Assembly (NCBI GenBank): GCA_964016885.1
Contig: OZ024743.1
Span: 215,140,001-215,204,000 of the forward strand
Reading direction: 5' to 3'
DNA from: Eledone cirrhosa
Taxonomy: Eukaryota
Length of the DNA stretch: 64,000 nt
The notes below the pieces were generated by a model. It made no database searches. It saw only the letters and a list, made by a program, of their open reading frames with translations, and had not been told where the DNA came from. Numbering within the stretch: position 1 is the stretch's first letter; each line of letters begins with the position of its first letter. Positions 1 through 13,090 of the stretch are shown here, piece after piece. A program made the position numbers and the translations under genes.

Positions 1-2340
1 CCTTATGCTCATACCACTTCTCAGAATGTGGTAAATTGTTTACTTTGCATAGGTGCCAGTGGAGCACCCTGCCCTTCGCATCATGGCTCCAGCCTTTATA
101 GGACACAGATCCAACACAGTGGGCTAACCTCCTCCTTGTAAATATGCTGTTTCACCCACTCTGTTCTGCTAATGGCTGCGTTTGCGCAGCCATTAGCATT
201 CCTTCTGTAGCCTTTTTAAGGTCTTCTCTTTTTAACGAGTTCCACGTCTGTGGATCTCTAAATTCAGTTTTCTCAAAGAAGTTACTATGAAGGGATTGTT
301 CATGAAGGTTGCTCTTCCTCCTTGCTGTTGTTTTCTCCTTGGACAACCTCTGGCATATTGTCCTCTCCTTCAGTACAATTCTGAGAATTGGCTCCCTACT
401 GTCAGTCACGTATTTGTGCAGGTTGTTTTTCTTCATCTGAACACAGTCCTCTATGCTGATAAGACCTCTTCAACCTTCAGATCTCTTTAAGTAGAGTCTA
501 TCGACTTGACTCCTCTTGTGGAACATGTCGTAGATAGTCAATAGCTTCCTAGTCTTCCTATCAATTTCTTTTTGTTCAACAACATTCGATTAAGAATTCC
601 CGCACTGTACCTAATGATGGACACAGCTCGGGAATTCACTGCACTTATGACATTCTTACTATTTAGATGTGATTTAATACGCTCCTTACTCTCCTAATGT
701 ACTCAGATCTTATCAATCCCTTCATTTTTTTGTTCTTGATGTCGTCTGCCTCCAGAACACCTAAATATTTGTATCCTTCTTCAGTGTCAATTTCCTTTAT
801 CATCTGAACTGTTGGTACTTGGGTTCCGTTGCTTCTGCTCAATTTACCCCTCTTCATCACTAGGACTCCACACCTATTAATACCAAATTCCATACATATA
901 TCATTGCTGAAAATACGGACAGTGTCAACAAGCACATCCAACTCCTTCTCACACTTCCCAAAGAGTTTAAGATTGTCCATGAAGAGATGATTGATGGTAA
1001 GCTCGCCTTTTCCCAACTTGTATCCTGCTCTTACTTTTCGTACTATAATGGTCAGGGGTATCAGAGCAAGGACAAATATCAGAGGGGACAAACTATCTCC
1101 CTGGAAGATACCTCTCTTGAGCTTCACGCCTCCCAGGGATTCACCAGCCGACGTTCACTCTGTTTCCCAGGACTTCATACTTTTGCTCAACAAGTCTGAT
1201 GTTATCTGCCACCTTGAAGATCTCTAGGTTTTGGTTATCCAAGAATGAGGTACCATATCGAATGCCTTTTTGTGATCTATCCATCCCATGGCAAGACCAG
1301 TGTGTCTCCTCTTGCAATTCCTCATTACTGGTCTATTGTACCACGTGACTTCTTTCGGCATCCTTTCTGTTCGTCCGGTAACAAGTTGTTTATGTGGAGG
1401 TGATGGTAGATTTCCTCAGACACAATGCTTGTTAACAGTTTCCACATTACGGACAGACATGGGATACGTCTATATTTTGTAACATCATTTCCCTTGATTC
1501 GGTCTTTCATTACCAGAACTGTGGTACCTTTTGTCAACCACTCTGGTACCTCACACGACATCAAGCAGTCATTGAACATGGTTGTCAGTTTCGGGTGGAG
1601 GGATGTTATATTTTTAATCCAATACCCTTGCACACAATCTGGGCCTGGTGATTTACAGTTGGTTAGTTTTTTGGCCTGCCCCCTAAGAGTTCAACTGTGT
1701 TACTCAAATCAGTTTGCTGGTGTGCCTGTCCACTAATCTCCTTTTGTACTGTCTCAATCCACACTTCCTGATCATTATGTTTAACATCCTGCTCCCATAT
1801 TCCTCTCCAGAATGTCTTAGTTTATTCCGCCTCAGGGATCAAGTCGTTGCCTCTTTCTTTCCCTTCAAGCTGTCCAAACAACATCTTCTGGTTGTTGTCA
1901 AACATGCGGTTCTGTCTATACTGACTGACTCTGCTCACATATCGCCTAATTTTTTCACTCTTTGCTACAATGCGTTGCTTCATTTCCTCTATGATAATAT
2001 TTAGCTTTTTCCTCCTAGTTCTGTACTATATTTCCAGTCTATTTTTAGTGTCTATATTTCGTAGTGTCCCATTCAGTAGGGACTGAAAATTTCCAATGTC
2101 ATTTCTCATTTCCCTGATTTGGTCATTCAGTCGTTTCTTTCAGCAAGGTTCTGATATTTCTTGTTTGTTGTTTTCTCTCGCTTTTATGCCAAGTAATTTC
2201 ATCGCCGCATTTGCTGTTGCTTTGAGGATATTGTTGCACTGGTGAAGGTTCCCGCCTCAAGGTATGGGATGACTTTGTTTACTTTAGCTGTTGTTTCTTT
2301 TAAACTTTTTCCGCTTGTCCGTCCCTCTACCGATACTGCC
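1..2340 (-). mobile_element. Decayed R4/Dong-like RLE non-LTR retrotransposon, 3' end cut by the window edge
   Basis: Frameshifted minus-strand ORFs with RT motifs: VPEWLTKGTTVLVMK..KYRRIPCL..EQKGCR (1325-1633), KRGIFQGDSLSPL..HLFMDNLKL..YKYLGV (663-1127) and TEGMLMAAQ (152-436). HWHLCK..KWYEH is readable near base 1. Confidence 0.85.
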
Positions 2341-2344
2341 AATT

Positions 2345-2690
2345 CACATAATAATAATAATGATGATTTCATTTATTAGCCACAAGGGCCGACATGTAGG
2401 GGACAATAAAAAGACAGGGACAGTGGGGGATACAATAAGGTCGAGTACAGTGCACAACGCAAGACTAATTTAACAATGAAAATATAAAAATATGAAATAA
2501 AATATGCATAAATATAATAATAATAATAATAATGATTTCATTTATTAGCCACAAGGGCCGACATGTAGGGGACAATACAAAGACAGGGACAGTGGGGGTT
2601 TACAATAAGGTCGAGTTAAAGTGCACAATGGCAAGACTAATTTAACAATGAAAATATAAAATATAAAATAAACTATGCAAAATATAACAA
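2345..2690 (-). repeat. Tandem duplication (~170 bp) of the Tx1-like 3' UTR and tail
   Basis: The string ataat..gatttcatttattagccacaagggccgacatgtaggggacaata..aagactaatttaacaatgaaaatataaaa occurs at ~2350-2515 and ~2520-2690. Confidence 0.9.
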
Positions 2691-3668
2691 AATAAATTCC
2701 CCGATAGGGGGTGGACGACCCTGGGTGATTCGGGTATCCCACCAATCCTGAACCACCCTGCGCTTCTAGGGCACCCAGGAGAGCACCCCTCTCCTCAAGT
2801 TATCTAGCCTATAGGCGCATGGTCAGAGTAGGCCCATTCACACGAGCCATTCTCGCCATATTCACCCACCTTTTAGCAAATGTACTGGGGGGCAGCACTT
2901 CTCTCTCCACCCTCACCCTCCTTTCCAGGTGAAACTTGAAGAAGTTGATGAGGGATTGGCCGAAGAGAAAAATGTCTGTCTTTAGTCCTTTCAACCTGGT
3001 CCACCATGTAATCTCTTTTGCAACTGCCACCAGACAGAGGAAAATGTCCTGCTCTGCCTGACCTAAGGAAGGTGGCGGCTCGATCTTCACTATGGACTCG
3101 GCCGATAGCCGGATTTGTTCCACATGCGACAGTAGCTGTTTGACATAACTCCACAAGTCAGTAATGCACAGACATTGGACAAGTGCGTGCAGAACGGTTT
3201 CGTCGTTCTGTGCGCATCTTGGGCAGGTCCGTCTGACAGCACTTCCGTGCCTGTAGAGTTTATCCCGAACCGGCAGTGCCCCCCGGTAGCACTGCCAAGC
3301 GAGGGATTTCTGGAAATTGTCCATCGTCCCCGGCTCAAAAGTCCTCCGGTACAGACTGGTCAGTTCGACTTCGTCGAGGCCCAAAGCTTCTCCGAGTGCG
3401 TCATCGCACTTGCCCACCACTAATCCTCTATAGAACTCGAGAGTGGAAGTTCCACTGATCGCATTGCGCGCTTGGTAGAGGGCAGTGAGTGCCTGGCAAC
3501 ATTCCAGGTGCCAGTCACCCAGTCTCGGTCTCTTCTTGACCCAGGACTGCAGCTCAGTCAAAGAAATGAGCTGCGGAAAGGCCCGTCTGATAAACGGCGA
3601 CCACACCTGTTCACCATTGAGGCAGAATATCTGGAGATGTCGCAGCCTCAACGCACGTCTGCGCATTA

Positions 3669-5405
3669 TTAGCCACGTAAGCCCATCCCTCCGCGTAGAG
3701 GGTGCTGGCAGCAGATGGACCGCCTCAGCAACAGAACTTGTCCCCTCCACAAGAATTTGAAGAGGAGCCGTTCCAACTTGACGAGGCGCGGAGGGGGGCA
3801 AGGCACGACGGTTAGGCGGTAATAGATGACGGACGCGATGTACGCATTCGCCACCTCCGCGCGACCTTTCAGTGATAGCTTCCTCCCAGCCCATTTTTGG
3901 GTGAGACTGGCTACTCTGCTCGTTACCTCGTCCCAATTCTTTTCCACCTGGAGGTATGGTCCGAACCAAACCCCGAGCAACTTTACTGGTCCGTCCGTCC
4001 AGCGCCCCACCACGCTGTTGGACGGCATGGGCTTGCCTCTGCAGGTTCCGAGCTGCAAGCCCACCGACTTTTCCGGGTTAAGTTTGGCTCCTGTCAACCT
4101 TTCATATTCCTTCAATAAGGTGCCGACCACCTTGATTTCTGAGGTGTTCGACACCATCACGGTGATGTCGTTCGCATAAGCCGACACCGCCTTTCCACGT
4201 CCCGGTTCGAGCGGGATGCCCGGCAACAGCTCCAGCTTCCGCAGTAAAGGCTCGAGAGTCAATACGTACAGAAGGGAAGAGAGAAGGCACCCTTGACGGA
4301 CCGATCGGGAGAGCCGAAATAGTTCCGAGTGGTGGCCATTAACCTTGACCACCGAGCGTGTGCCTCTGTGCATTGCAACGATCCAGCTTCCAAAGCCAAC
4401 TGCTTTGAGGACAAACTCCAGATACCGATGGTCGACCCTATCGAATGCTTTCGATTGATCTAAATTGATCAGTGCCCCACCGACGCCAGGTTTACACCCT
4501 ACCCTCTCTATGATATATCGCATGAGGTGGAGATTGTCGTGTATGGACCTGGCTGGGATTGCGCAAGTTTGCGCCTCCCCAACCAAATCCTCGACGATAA
4601 GCGCCAATCTTTTTGCTAACACCTTGGCCAAAATCTTAAACTCTGTGTTGAGCAGAGTTATGGGCACGAAGTTGTCTAATGTATCCCTCTTGTTCTCGTC
4701 TTTCCTTATCAGCGTCACCACTCCCCTGCTCACAGAACTGGGAATACTCCCATACTGCTGCCAGTTACAGTAGAGTGCTTCGCGGAGTTCGGAGAACAAG
4801 TCTGGCATATTTACGTAAAGCTCGTAGGGCAGGCCATCCAAGCCGGGTGACTTGCGCCTCATGCAGACGACAAGGGCGTCCTGAATTTCGGCTGAAGTAA
4901 TCGGCCTTTCGCAGCGCTCAGCGTCGACCGTCAAGATGCGCGGCAAGCCGTCAAGGTAGGGACTGAAATCCGCTACTCTCTCTGACTCGCCACTCTCCCC
5001 GAACCCGAGCAAAGTGCTGGCGAAAGGCCTCACACTCCGCTTGGAATCGCTTATCTCGTGTCCGTCTCGGTCCGCCAAAGACCGAATTGTGGTTTTATTA
5101 CCACGCTGCGCCTCCGCCACGCGGGGCCATCGAACAGCTTTAGTTCCCTCATTTCTCAGTGCACGCGCCTTAGCTCTGACAATGCAACCTTCGTGTTTGG
5201 CATTGAAGAAATGGTCTAATGCCATTCTCGCCGCTAGCACGTCAGTTGCGATGCCACTACAAATAGCCTCGTCTAACTTATCTACCAGCTCCCCCTCCTT
5301 TCTATTTTCCTCTAACGCTACTTCTTTGCTGAACTCTATCGAAGTTACTCTAATCTCTCTTTTGAGAGCCCCCCACCATCTGTTGTTGATGATCCCCCCT
5401 GTCAA
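3669..5405 (-). pseudogene. Reverse transcriptase portion of Tx1-like ORF2
   Basis: 578-aa ORF with L1/Tx1 RT motifs; catalytic YADD altered to YAND; flanking domains lie in other frames. Confidence 0.85.
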
Positions 5406-5421
5406 CTTTTGCTTAACTAAC

Positions 5422-6215
5422 TTATTGACATTGGTCCCTGTAAGCCTTACGTGCCGGAAATGACATGTTCAGCTTCCAGTAACCCTGTCCTAACCTACGC
5501 GTTTTATTTAGGTCGACCGTACAGATCACAAATTTGTGATCTGAATAGGCGACCGTTTTAAAAAGTGGACAGCCCACACTATTTCTATCTATTTTCCTAA
5601 TGAAGATTCTGTCTATATACGATCTAGATGACCCCATTCGGTTGGTCCATGTCCATACTGGCACATTGGGGAAAACTAGTCGATACCTGTCAGACAGTTG
5701 GAACTGGCTGAGTAGGTGCTTGAGGCTTTTGCACCCCCCGCTCCTATCGGCTACTCCCACGCAATCCCAGCGTGCGTCTAATATGCCATTCCAGTCCCCC
5801 GCTAATAGTAAAGGGCGAGACGTACCCAGAAGGTCTCCAGGCGCCTAAAGAAGTCAGGTCATCCGGCCCCTGTAGGGGCGTAGGCGGCCAGCAGTCTAAA
5901 GGCACCACCTTCGCTACTGCTCACATCCAAGACCACCAACTTACCGTCAGGGTCCCGGAAGATCGACCTTACCTCGAGATCCAGTCCTTTCCTAAACAGC
6001 ACTTCCACCCCACCCCCAATTCCCGGCCTGCTAACAGATGCGAAGATCTGATAGTCGTCGAAAATGGGGGCTAGTGCACCCTTGTCGGAAATTCTGGTCT
6101 CGCTTACGGCAATCACATCCATTTCCAGCGACCGGAGGTCGTTGAGCAGGCGACCCTGCTTCCAGGGTGACACTATGCCGCGATCATTTAAACTTCCTAC
6201 TCTTAATATGGCCAT
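5422..6215 (-). pseudogene. APE endonuclease portion of Tx1-like ORF2
   Basis: ORFs 5859-6215 and 5422-5760 carry the N-terminal APE motif and the SDH motif. Confidence 0.85.
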
Positions 6216-7194
6216 ATTGGTAAGCTAAGAGAGAGAGAGGGAAGGTTTACTTACCTCCCGGGTCTTGTGAAGGTCGGGTGGTTCGACCTCCATGGTTGGT
6301 GGGGTTTCTTTTGGGAACCCCTTTAAAAATCTTGATGTGGGTTTCACATTCGGGTTTCCCACGTCTTGAGGAAAGCTCTCTCGAATTTCTTTGAAGGAAT
6401 TGAGTGACATTCGGATCAGAAGCAAATCTTCTGGCACGCAAAATGTGCTCATTTCAAAAATCTCCCCCTCTGTTTGAATGTCCTCGCTTCGCGCTAAGAG
6501 GGCCATCAGTTTATCGTTGGCCCTTCTGACAAGCACGAAGTTTTTATAATAATAATAATTGAAGATGTGAAAGGTGCATATTTATTTTTTAAATATTTCC
6601 CCAATACAATTTTCCCTTTTTACATTTTGGTCGATCGTGGCTAAATTTTAGATTTTGAAAGGAAAATTGACAGTTGAAAGATCACTTCTCTCTCCCACCA
6701 CCACATTCACAGCCACTACCTCACGCATTCACGCCAGAAATCGCTAATCTATTTTCAGACTACTGTCATTGACAGCTACCTACCTCTCTTCTCAGTGTCT
6801 AATGCGTGGTTATACATATATATATATGTGTGTATATACATATATGTGTATAAATATTCACGTGTGAATGTATATTTATGTATGTGTATGCAGCCTACAT
6901 AAAGGAGAAAACAAAGGGGGAGAATAAAAGAATACTAGCAAACCATTTACACCTCAAACTCAAAATAGACAGAAAATAACATCGGAGAAGCAACTCCTAT
7001 CAGCTACAATGTCACCCTACCCACTACCACTCACCGCACCCCCAACCCCAGCATTAATCTCTCTGCCACCACCACCAACACCACTCACACCACAAGAACA
7101 GTTGAGAAAATTCTCGTACACCTCTTACAGCTGCAGCCATAACAATATCACCTCAATCAACACCAACAATGACCATAATTATACTGTTTTAATA

Positions 7195-7322
7195 ATAATA
7201 ATTGTTTCTACTTTTGGCAAAAGGCCAGCAATTAATCATTGTATTACTGGTACTTTATTTTATCGACCCCCGTAAGGATGAAAGGCAAAGTTAACCTCGG
7301 CGGGATTTGAACTCAGACCCTA
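7195..7322 (-). mobile_element. Partial octopus-type SINE
   Basis: tttatcgacccccgtaaggatgaaaggcaaagttaacctcggcgggatttgaactcag, shared with several copies in the window. Confidence 0.85.
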
Positions 7323-7339
7323 AAATAGTAATAATGATC

Positions 7340-10300
7340 TGAGTGCCAGCCAGCAACTGCACTAGCCAAAGAGCCGGGCAACGTTCAATGTACGTCCAAT
7401 ACCATGCGTAACGCAAGCATGTACTGCGAGATGAACAAATAAAAATTAATACACAATACCAAATCGCTTTTCCTATGGTTAATCAAGAAGCGCATCTCCC
7501 AGGAAGGTGCCAACCTGAGATCGAAAAGTCCTCCTCTGGCACAAACTCTTCTCCAATTATGGACCTGGATGGTCACTTGATGGGGGATTGCCTCAACTCG
7601 AGCCATCCAGATCCACCACTCAAACCACCTCACAAAGAAAAACCTAAAAGGATTAAATGGACCCGAGAAGAGTATAAAGAAGTAATATATGCATATTACT
7701 ATGCATTAGGTTAGCCATCACAAGACAGACACACTTTAAACTCCTACAAAATCTGGAAAACTCGGAATCAAGCTAGCAGGCGTGATATGGATGGAAATAA
7801 GTTGGCAAATGTAAGGAGGTATATCTTCAGAAATAATAGACTCACAGGCACTAAACTTAATGCGATCAAACAGGCTGTGGAAAATGACATAAATATAAAT
7901 GATGAAATAACTGAAGAATCTCCTGGAGATAGTAACCATTCACAAGTATTTACTGAAAGACCTCCATCTGACCAAATCACAAATAGGTTTGTAGAAATGA
8001 GAAGCCCTATTGAACCCGCAGAAAATAGCCAGGAGAGGGACTTAGAAACAGTAATTGAAAACCAAACATCTGCTGAAGAACAGAGGGAGACTATGAAAGA
8101 ATTAAAGCAAAACATACTGAATGAGCTTGCAGTAGTAAGACATTCTAGTATACCACTTCAAACTCCCAAATACAATCCAAAATAGAATACAAATAATGAT
8201 TGGTAATTCTGTGACAAAGGAAATCATAGAAGAGCTAGAACGTGATCTTACTGAGTTAAATAAAATCATGTATGCATCTGCTAGAGTAATTGAAACAAGT
8301 TGTTTACCACCAAAAGAAAATAAAAAGTCGAACATTCGAGGTAAACCAATTTGGAGGAGTAGAATCGAAAAGGAGATTGACGTAATGCGAGGAGAAATAT
8401 CTTTATTGAGTGAGTTAACCGCAGGAAATGATATAAGATCGAAGAAGGTAAGAAAGCTAAATAGAAAATATGGACAGTCTTCTAGAGAAGCACTTGTTTC
8501 AACAAAAGAATCTCTGAAACAAAAAGTCCAAGTAAAAGCCCAACGAATTCGTAGATTCGAGAAGCGAAACAACTTCTACAGGAAAATAAGTTGTTCTCAT
8601 CCAATGCCAAGTCCTTTTATATATGAAGTTGAAAACTTCTGGAGTAAGATTTGGAGTGTTGAGAAGACATATGATGCTAATGTAAATTGGATTAGTCGCC
8701 TGGAAAAATCCTACAAAAATTTAGAAGAACAGTCGTGGGAAGACATTTCTATAGCGGACTTAAGGACAGCACTCAATAAATCTCATAAATGGAAATCTCC
8801 AGGTAGAGACAGGTGCCACATTTCTCGCTTTCCTCACTGCCGTGCATTCACAATATATTGGTCAAGCTGTTTAATGGAATTATAAACGATCCAAAAAATA
8901 CACCTGATTGGATAGCAAGTGGCATTACCTACCTACTACCAAAGAATAACGAAACCAAAGATAAAAAAAACTATCGGCCCATAACCTGCTTGTGCACCAT
9001 TTATAAACTATTACCCTCTATTCTCATGGAAAAGACATACGTGTTTTTGGAGGAGAACAATATTTTCCCCTTTGAACAAAAAGTGTGCTGACGAGGTTCA
9101 TATGGTTGCAAAGATCAACCTTTGATTAATCGTATGATCCTTGAGAACTGTCATAATAAACATAGAAATATCAGTTCTGCATGGATCGATTACAAAATAG
9201 CCTCGGACAGCATACCACACTCATGGATTCTGAAATCACTGGCCTTCTTCAAAATCTCACCTGTGATCTTAAACTTTCTGAAACACAATATGTCATTATG
9301 GAACACACATCTCCAATTGTCTCATTCAACTGGGGTACAGTGCTCTAGGAATATAAACATCAACTGTGGTATATTCCAGGGTGACTCACTTTAACCCTTG
9401 CTTTTCTGCATAGCTTTAATACCCCTTACATCCGAACTTAATAGAACAGGGTACGGTTATAGAATTGACAACAAAAAAATAAGCCACCTATTTTATATGG
9501 ATGATTTGAAGCTATATTGCAAAGATAATGACGAACTGGAAGGCCTTTTGCGGAGAGTAAAAACGTTTAGCGATAACATCAGGATGGAGTTTGGACTTGA
9601 CAAGTGTGCAAAAGCCACTTTCAAGAAGGGGAAGCTTGTCAACTCAGACTCAGTTGAATTGGATGCTGAAACAATCATAAATGAACTTGAGAAGGAACAA
9701 ACCTATAAATACTTAGATATTAATGAGGGCTCTGGCATACAGCATGCAAGTATGGAAGAGAGGACAAGGAATACATGTTACAGGAGAGTACGTGCAGTTC
9801 CGAGATCAGAACTAAACGCTCGTAATAAGGTGCTAGCCATAAATTCCTTGGCAGTACCAGTTGTCACTTGTAGCTTTGGTGTAAGGAACTGGAATATGAG
9901 TGAAATAAAAAGATTCGACACCAAAGTCTGTACGCTACTGACCTGTAAAAGGATGCACCACCCAAAAGCAGATGTGGATCGTCTTTACCTTACTAGAACT
10001 CAAGGAGGTCATCGCCTGATCCAATTTGAACTTGCTTACAAGACCACCATCATTGGACTGGCCAAATACCTTGAAACAACGAACGAATGTATGCTGAAAC
10101 TTGTTGAAAAGCATGAGAGAAATAAGAAGGTTAATTCTATCTTGAAGGAGAGCAACACATATGCTACTGCTCTCATGCTTTATACCCAGGCTGGACAGAC
10201 TAAAGAAACTCTTGCAACTGATGCTTCTAGGCACATACAATCACTGGCAAAACAAAAGGGTAAGGACAATTAGCACCAAATTGGGAGCAGAAATCTCTGC

Positions 10301-10948
10301 ATGGCAAATATGTTGCCCGTAGCAAACAAGCTGATGTTGACTAAAAGCACACCCATGAGTGGCTACGTAGTTCAGGGCTAAAGGCCTCATCTTATCTGCC
10401 CAATATCAAAGCTCATTGACTTGTAATTCCCAGGGCAATGTGATGATAAACGGAATAAACCCAAAGTGCCGATTCTGCAATGCTGAATCACTTAGTCGCT
10501 GGATGTAAAGCTTTAGCACCAGAAGAATACAAATATAGACATGTCAGAGTTGGCCAATTTCTACACTGCGTAATATGTCGGTATTACAAAATCAATGCTG
10601 AAGACAAGTGGTACAATCATCACCCTGAGGCTGTAACTGAAGGAGAAAAAGTAACAATTCTCTGGGACTTTCCTGTACATACTCACAGGACCATAAAAGC
10701 AAATAGACCTGACATCATTGTAAACGATCAACATAACACGGTCTGTTTATTGATAGGTATGAGCATTCCATGTGATCACAATATCGCGCAATAGAAGTTG
10801 ACAAGCTACGAAAATATAAAGATTTGCTTATTGAAATTGAGAAAATGTGGCACCTCAAGGCCGTTACAATACCAGTGATTGTGGGAGATCTGGGAATAAT
10901 CAAGAAAGGAACATAACAATATTTGCGAATGATTCCTGGTTTACCCTC
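7340..10948 (+). mobile_element. Decayed, near full-length R4/Dong-like RLE retrotransposon
   Basis: N-terminal RIKWTREEYKEV; RT pieces WKSPGRD, NYRPITCL, WIDYKIASDSIPH, GIFQGDSL, HLFYMDDLKL; CRFC..HLVAGC..YRH zinc knuckle; RPDIIV restriction-like endonuclease. Preceded by a TAA-rich site. Confidence 0.9.
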
Positions 10949-11000
10949 TCTTTCTTACCACACCTTACTTTCAGATGAAAGTAAGGTGTGGTAAGAAAGA
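10949..11000. repeat. Perfect hairpin with 25-bp arms and 2-nt loop
   Basis: tctttcttaccacaccttactttca-ga-tgaaagtaaggtgtggtaagaaaga. Confidence 0.95.
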
Positions 11001-11309
11001 ATAACTAAAGTCAATAGAATAGTAAATAGTTTGAAAGATATTTCTCTATATTTAAATCTGAACAATGTTCAAACCAACACAACTCTCATGTCTATTCCAT
11101 TATCCTGTGGTTATTTATATAGATTATATATGCAACAATTATTTCAAGGTAAACTTCTGGCTGGTGTCCCCTCTTAAATACAGCAATCTGTGTGTGTAGC
11201 TCCTTCCCTACAAGATAAATAAGTGTATATGTTAACGTGAACGGAATAAGTTATACTAGCAGCTCCTATGTGAGTTCTACACATATAATATATTGCCTTT
11301 TATGAACAA

Positions 11310-11475
11310 TGGCATTGTTGGTTGCTAGGAAGGGCATCTAGTTGTAGAAACCTAGCCAGAAACAGTTATATATGAGTAAGGTGACATGGTCACTAGACCC
11401 AACTTGCCTCAAATGAGACAACCTGTCTAACCCATGCTAGCATGGAAATGGACGGTAAACGATGATGATGATAAT
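11310..11475 (+). mobile_element. 3' part of a SINE/LINE-tail repeat ending in (GAT)n
   Basis: aggaagggcatctagttgtagaaacc...aacccatgctagcatggaaatggacggtaaacgatgatgatgat; resembles common cephalopod SINE 3' ends (from recall). Confidence 0.5.
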
Positions 11476-12419
11476 GTTTCCAAAGGCCAATAACTAGTTC
11501 ACTGCATTTACAATGTGAAGAGTAAATTGTTTTGACTGGTACTGACACATATTGAGAATAGCACTATCTCTGTAAGATTGATATCCCACCTTGTATTTAC
11601 ATATGCATATGTGTATATATGTATACTGTTTTTTTTTATTATAATCAATGTGCTGTATTAACTGGTTCACCCATGCACACTGTGAATTTATTTTCCCTAT
11701 GTGTCAGGAAGACACTCGGCATATATCTCAGAAACAATAATTAAAGAAAATAAAAATGACAATAATAATAATATCTTTATTTTTTTTTATAACACCAACA
11801 ATACCAATAATGACATTGAAATTAATGATAATTATTTTTACTTTAGGCACAAAGCTAGTAAATGTTTACTTCTCATATATATATATATATAAATATATTC
11901 TAAATATATCCCGTCTTTATCATGGAACACAATCAACACTGAATAAAAAAGAACATCACCTACATAAACTTATGTTCAAACAAAGCACATTGACGCAATG
12001 TAGAAAATAATCACAGTGCAATACACAATTAAAAACAATAAAAATTATAAAACTAATAAAAACACATTCAATAAAAACTAAAATGCAATCGAAATGCTGT
12101 TGTATAAACATCCAAAACAGCATAATAATTTTTACGAGCACAAGAATGCTAACATCAGGAACATGGTGGTATATGATATGGTAGAATGACTTCATATGAA
12201 TCTCTTTGAAATATTATACTAATAGGAATAGTAATATTGCTAAGAAGCTGAAAATGGTCACTTTTGTAGCGAAAAGAACAAAAGAAAAATGTATTGAAAT
12301 TGAAGCCGAATTCGAAGATGAAAAAAAAAAAAAAATAATAATTATCCCGATTATGATGGTGATGTTGACGGTGGTTTTGGTAGTGGTGCTACTATTGATA
12401 ATAATAAGGATAAAAATAT

Positions 12420-12470
12420 ACTCGGGGAAACGCCTTCTCCATTCGGTCCGCCGGGGCTGTGGGGCGTCAA
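12420..12470 (+). mobile_element. Short CRE-like LINE 3' fragment
   Basis: cggggaaacgccttctccattcggtccgccggggctgtgggg is nearly identical to 46717-46759. Confidence 0.6.
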
Positions 12471-12789
12471 CCATGTGGAACCCCATTTGCTTACCATACA
12501 GAGAGATATGGAATGCGAGAGAGATGGGGGCGTTGACGGTGGGATTTCGGCTCTTCCGTATTCGGAAACATTGCACCTGTCAAGAGTGTATTTTCATATT
12601 TACACATCTTCCCATTGACTCTTAGCTTTCACACCAGTATACACTCAACTGTCTATCATATATCTAATTAATCCACTTCATAGAAACAATACGTATTATC
12701 ATGCTGTTGTTGTTCCTCATGGCTATTGCAATATGCTCATGACATTGTTGTTCATCATTGCTATCACAATGTTATTACGATTATAGAGA

Positions 12790-12924
12790 CTGTGATGAGC
12801 ATATTGCGTATGATGATGATGAAGATGATATTGGTGCTAATGATGATGATGTTAATTAATATGGTGATACTGATGATGATGATGATGATGATGATGATAC
12901 TGATGATGATGGTGATCATGTTGG

Positions 12925-12956
<32 letters not shown>

Positions 12957-13090
12957 GCGATGGTGATTTTGATGATAATGCTTTCTTTATTAACCACAAG
13001 GGTTTACACAAAGTAGACATAATGATAATGAGATGATGATGATAACGATGATGGTGAGGATGATGATGATGATAAGGATGATGATGAGTT
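12790..13090. repeat. Degenerate (ATG)n microsatellite
   Basis: Directly visible; explains the poly-Met/poly-Ile ORFs. Confidence 0.95.

Larger units (their letters stand above)
2345..6545 (-). mobile_element. Tx1-like (L1 superfamily) non-LTR retrotransposon with near-complete but frameshifted ORF2
   Basis: APE endonuclease (GSLNDRG..DVIAVSET; YIDRIF..SDHK), RT (PGLDGL, DQSKAFDRVDH, RQGCLLS, YANDI) and C-terminal zinc knuckle (CPRC..ETVLHALVQC). GC-rich relative to flanks; (ATT)n 3' tail. Confidence 0.9.

Noticed and set aside
3826-5463. Plus-strand ORFs over the Tx1 element
   Set aside because: Antisense shadows of the GC-rich RT frame.
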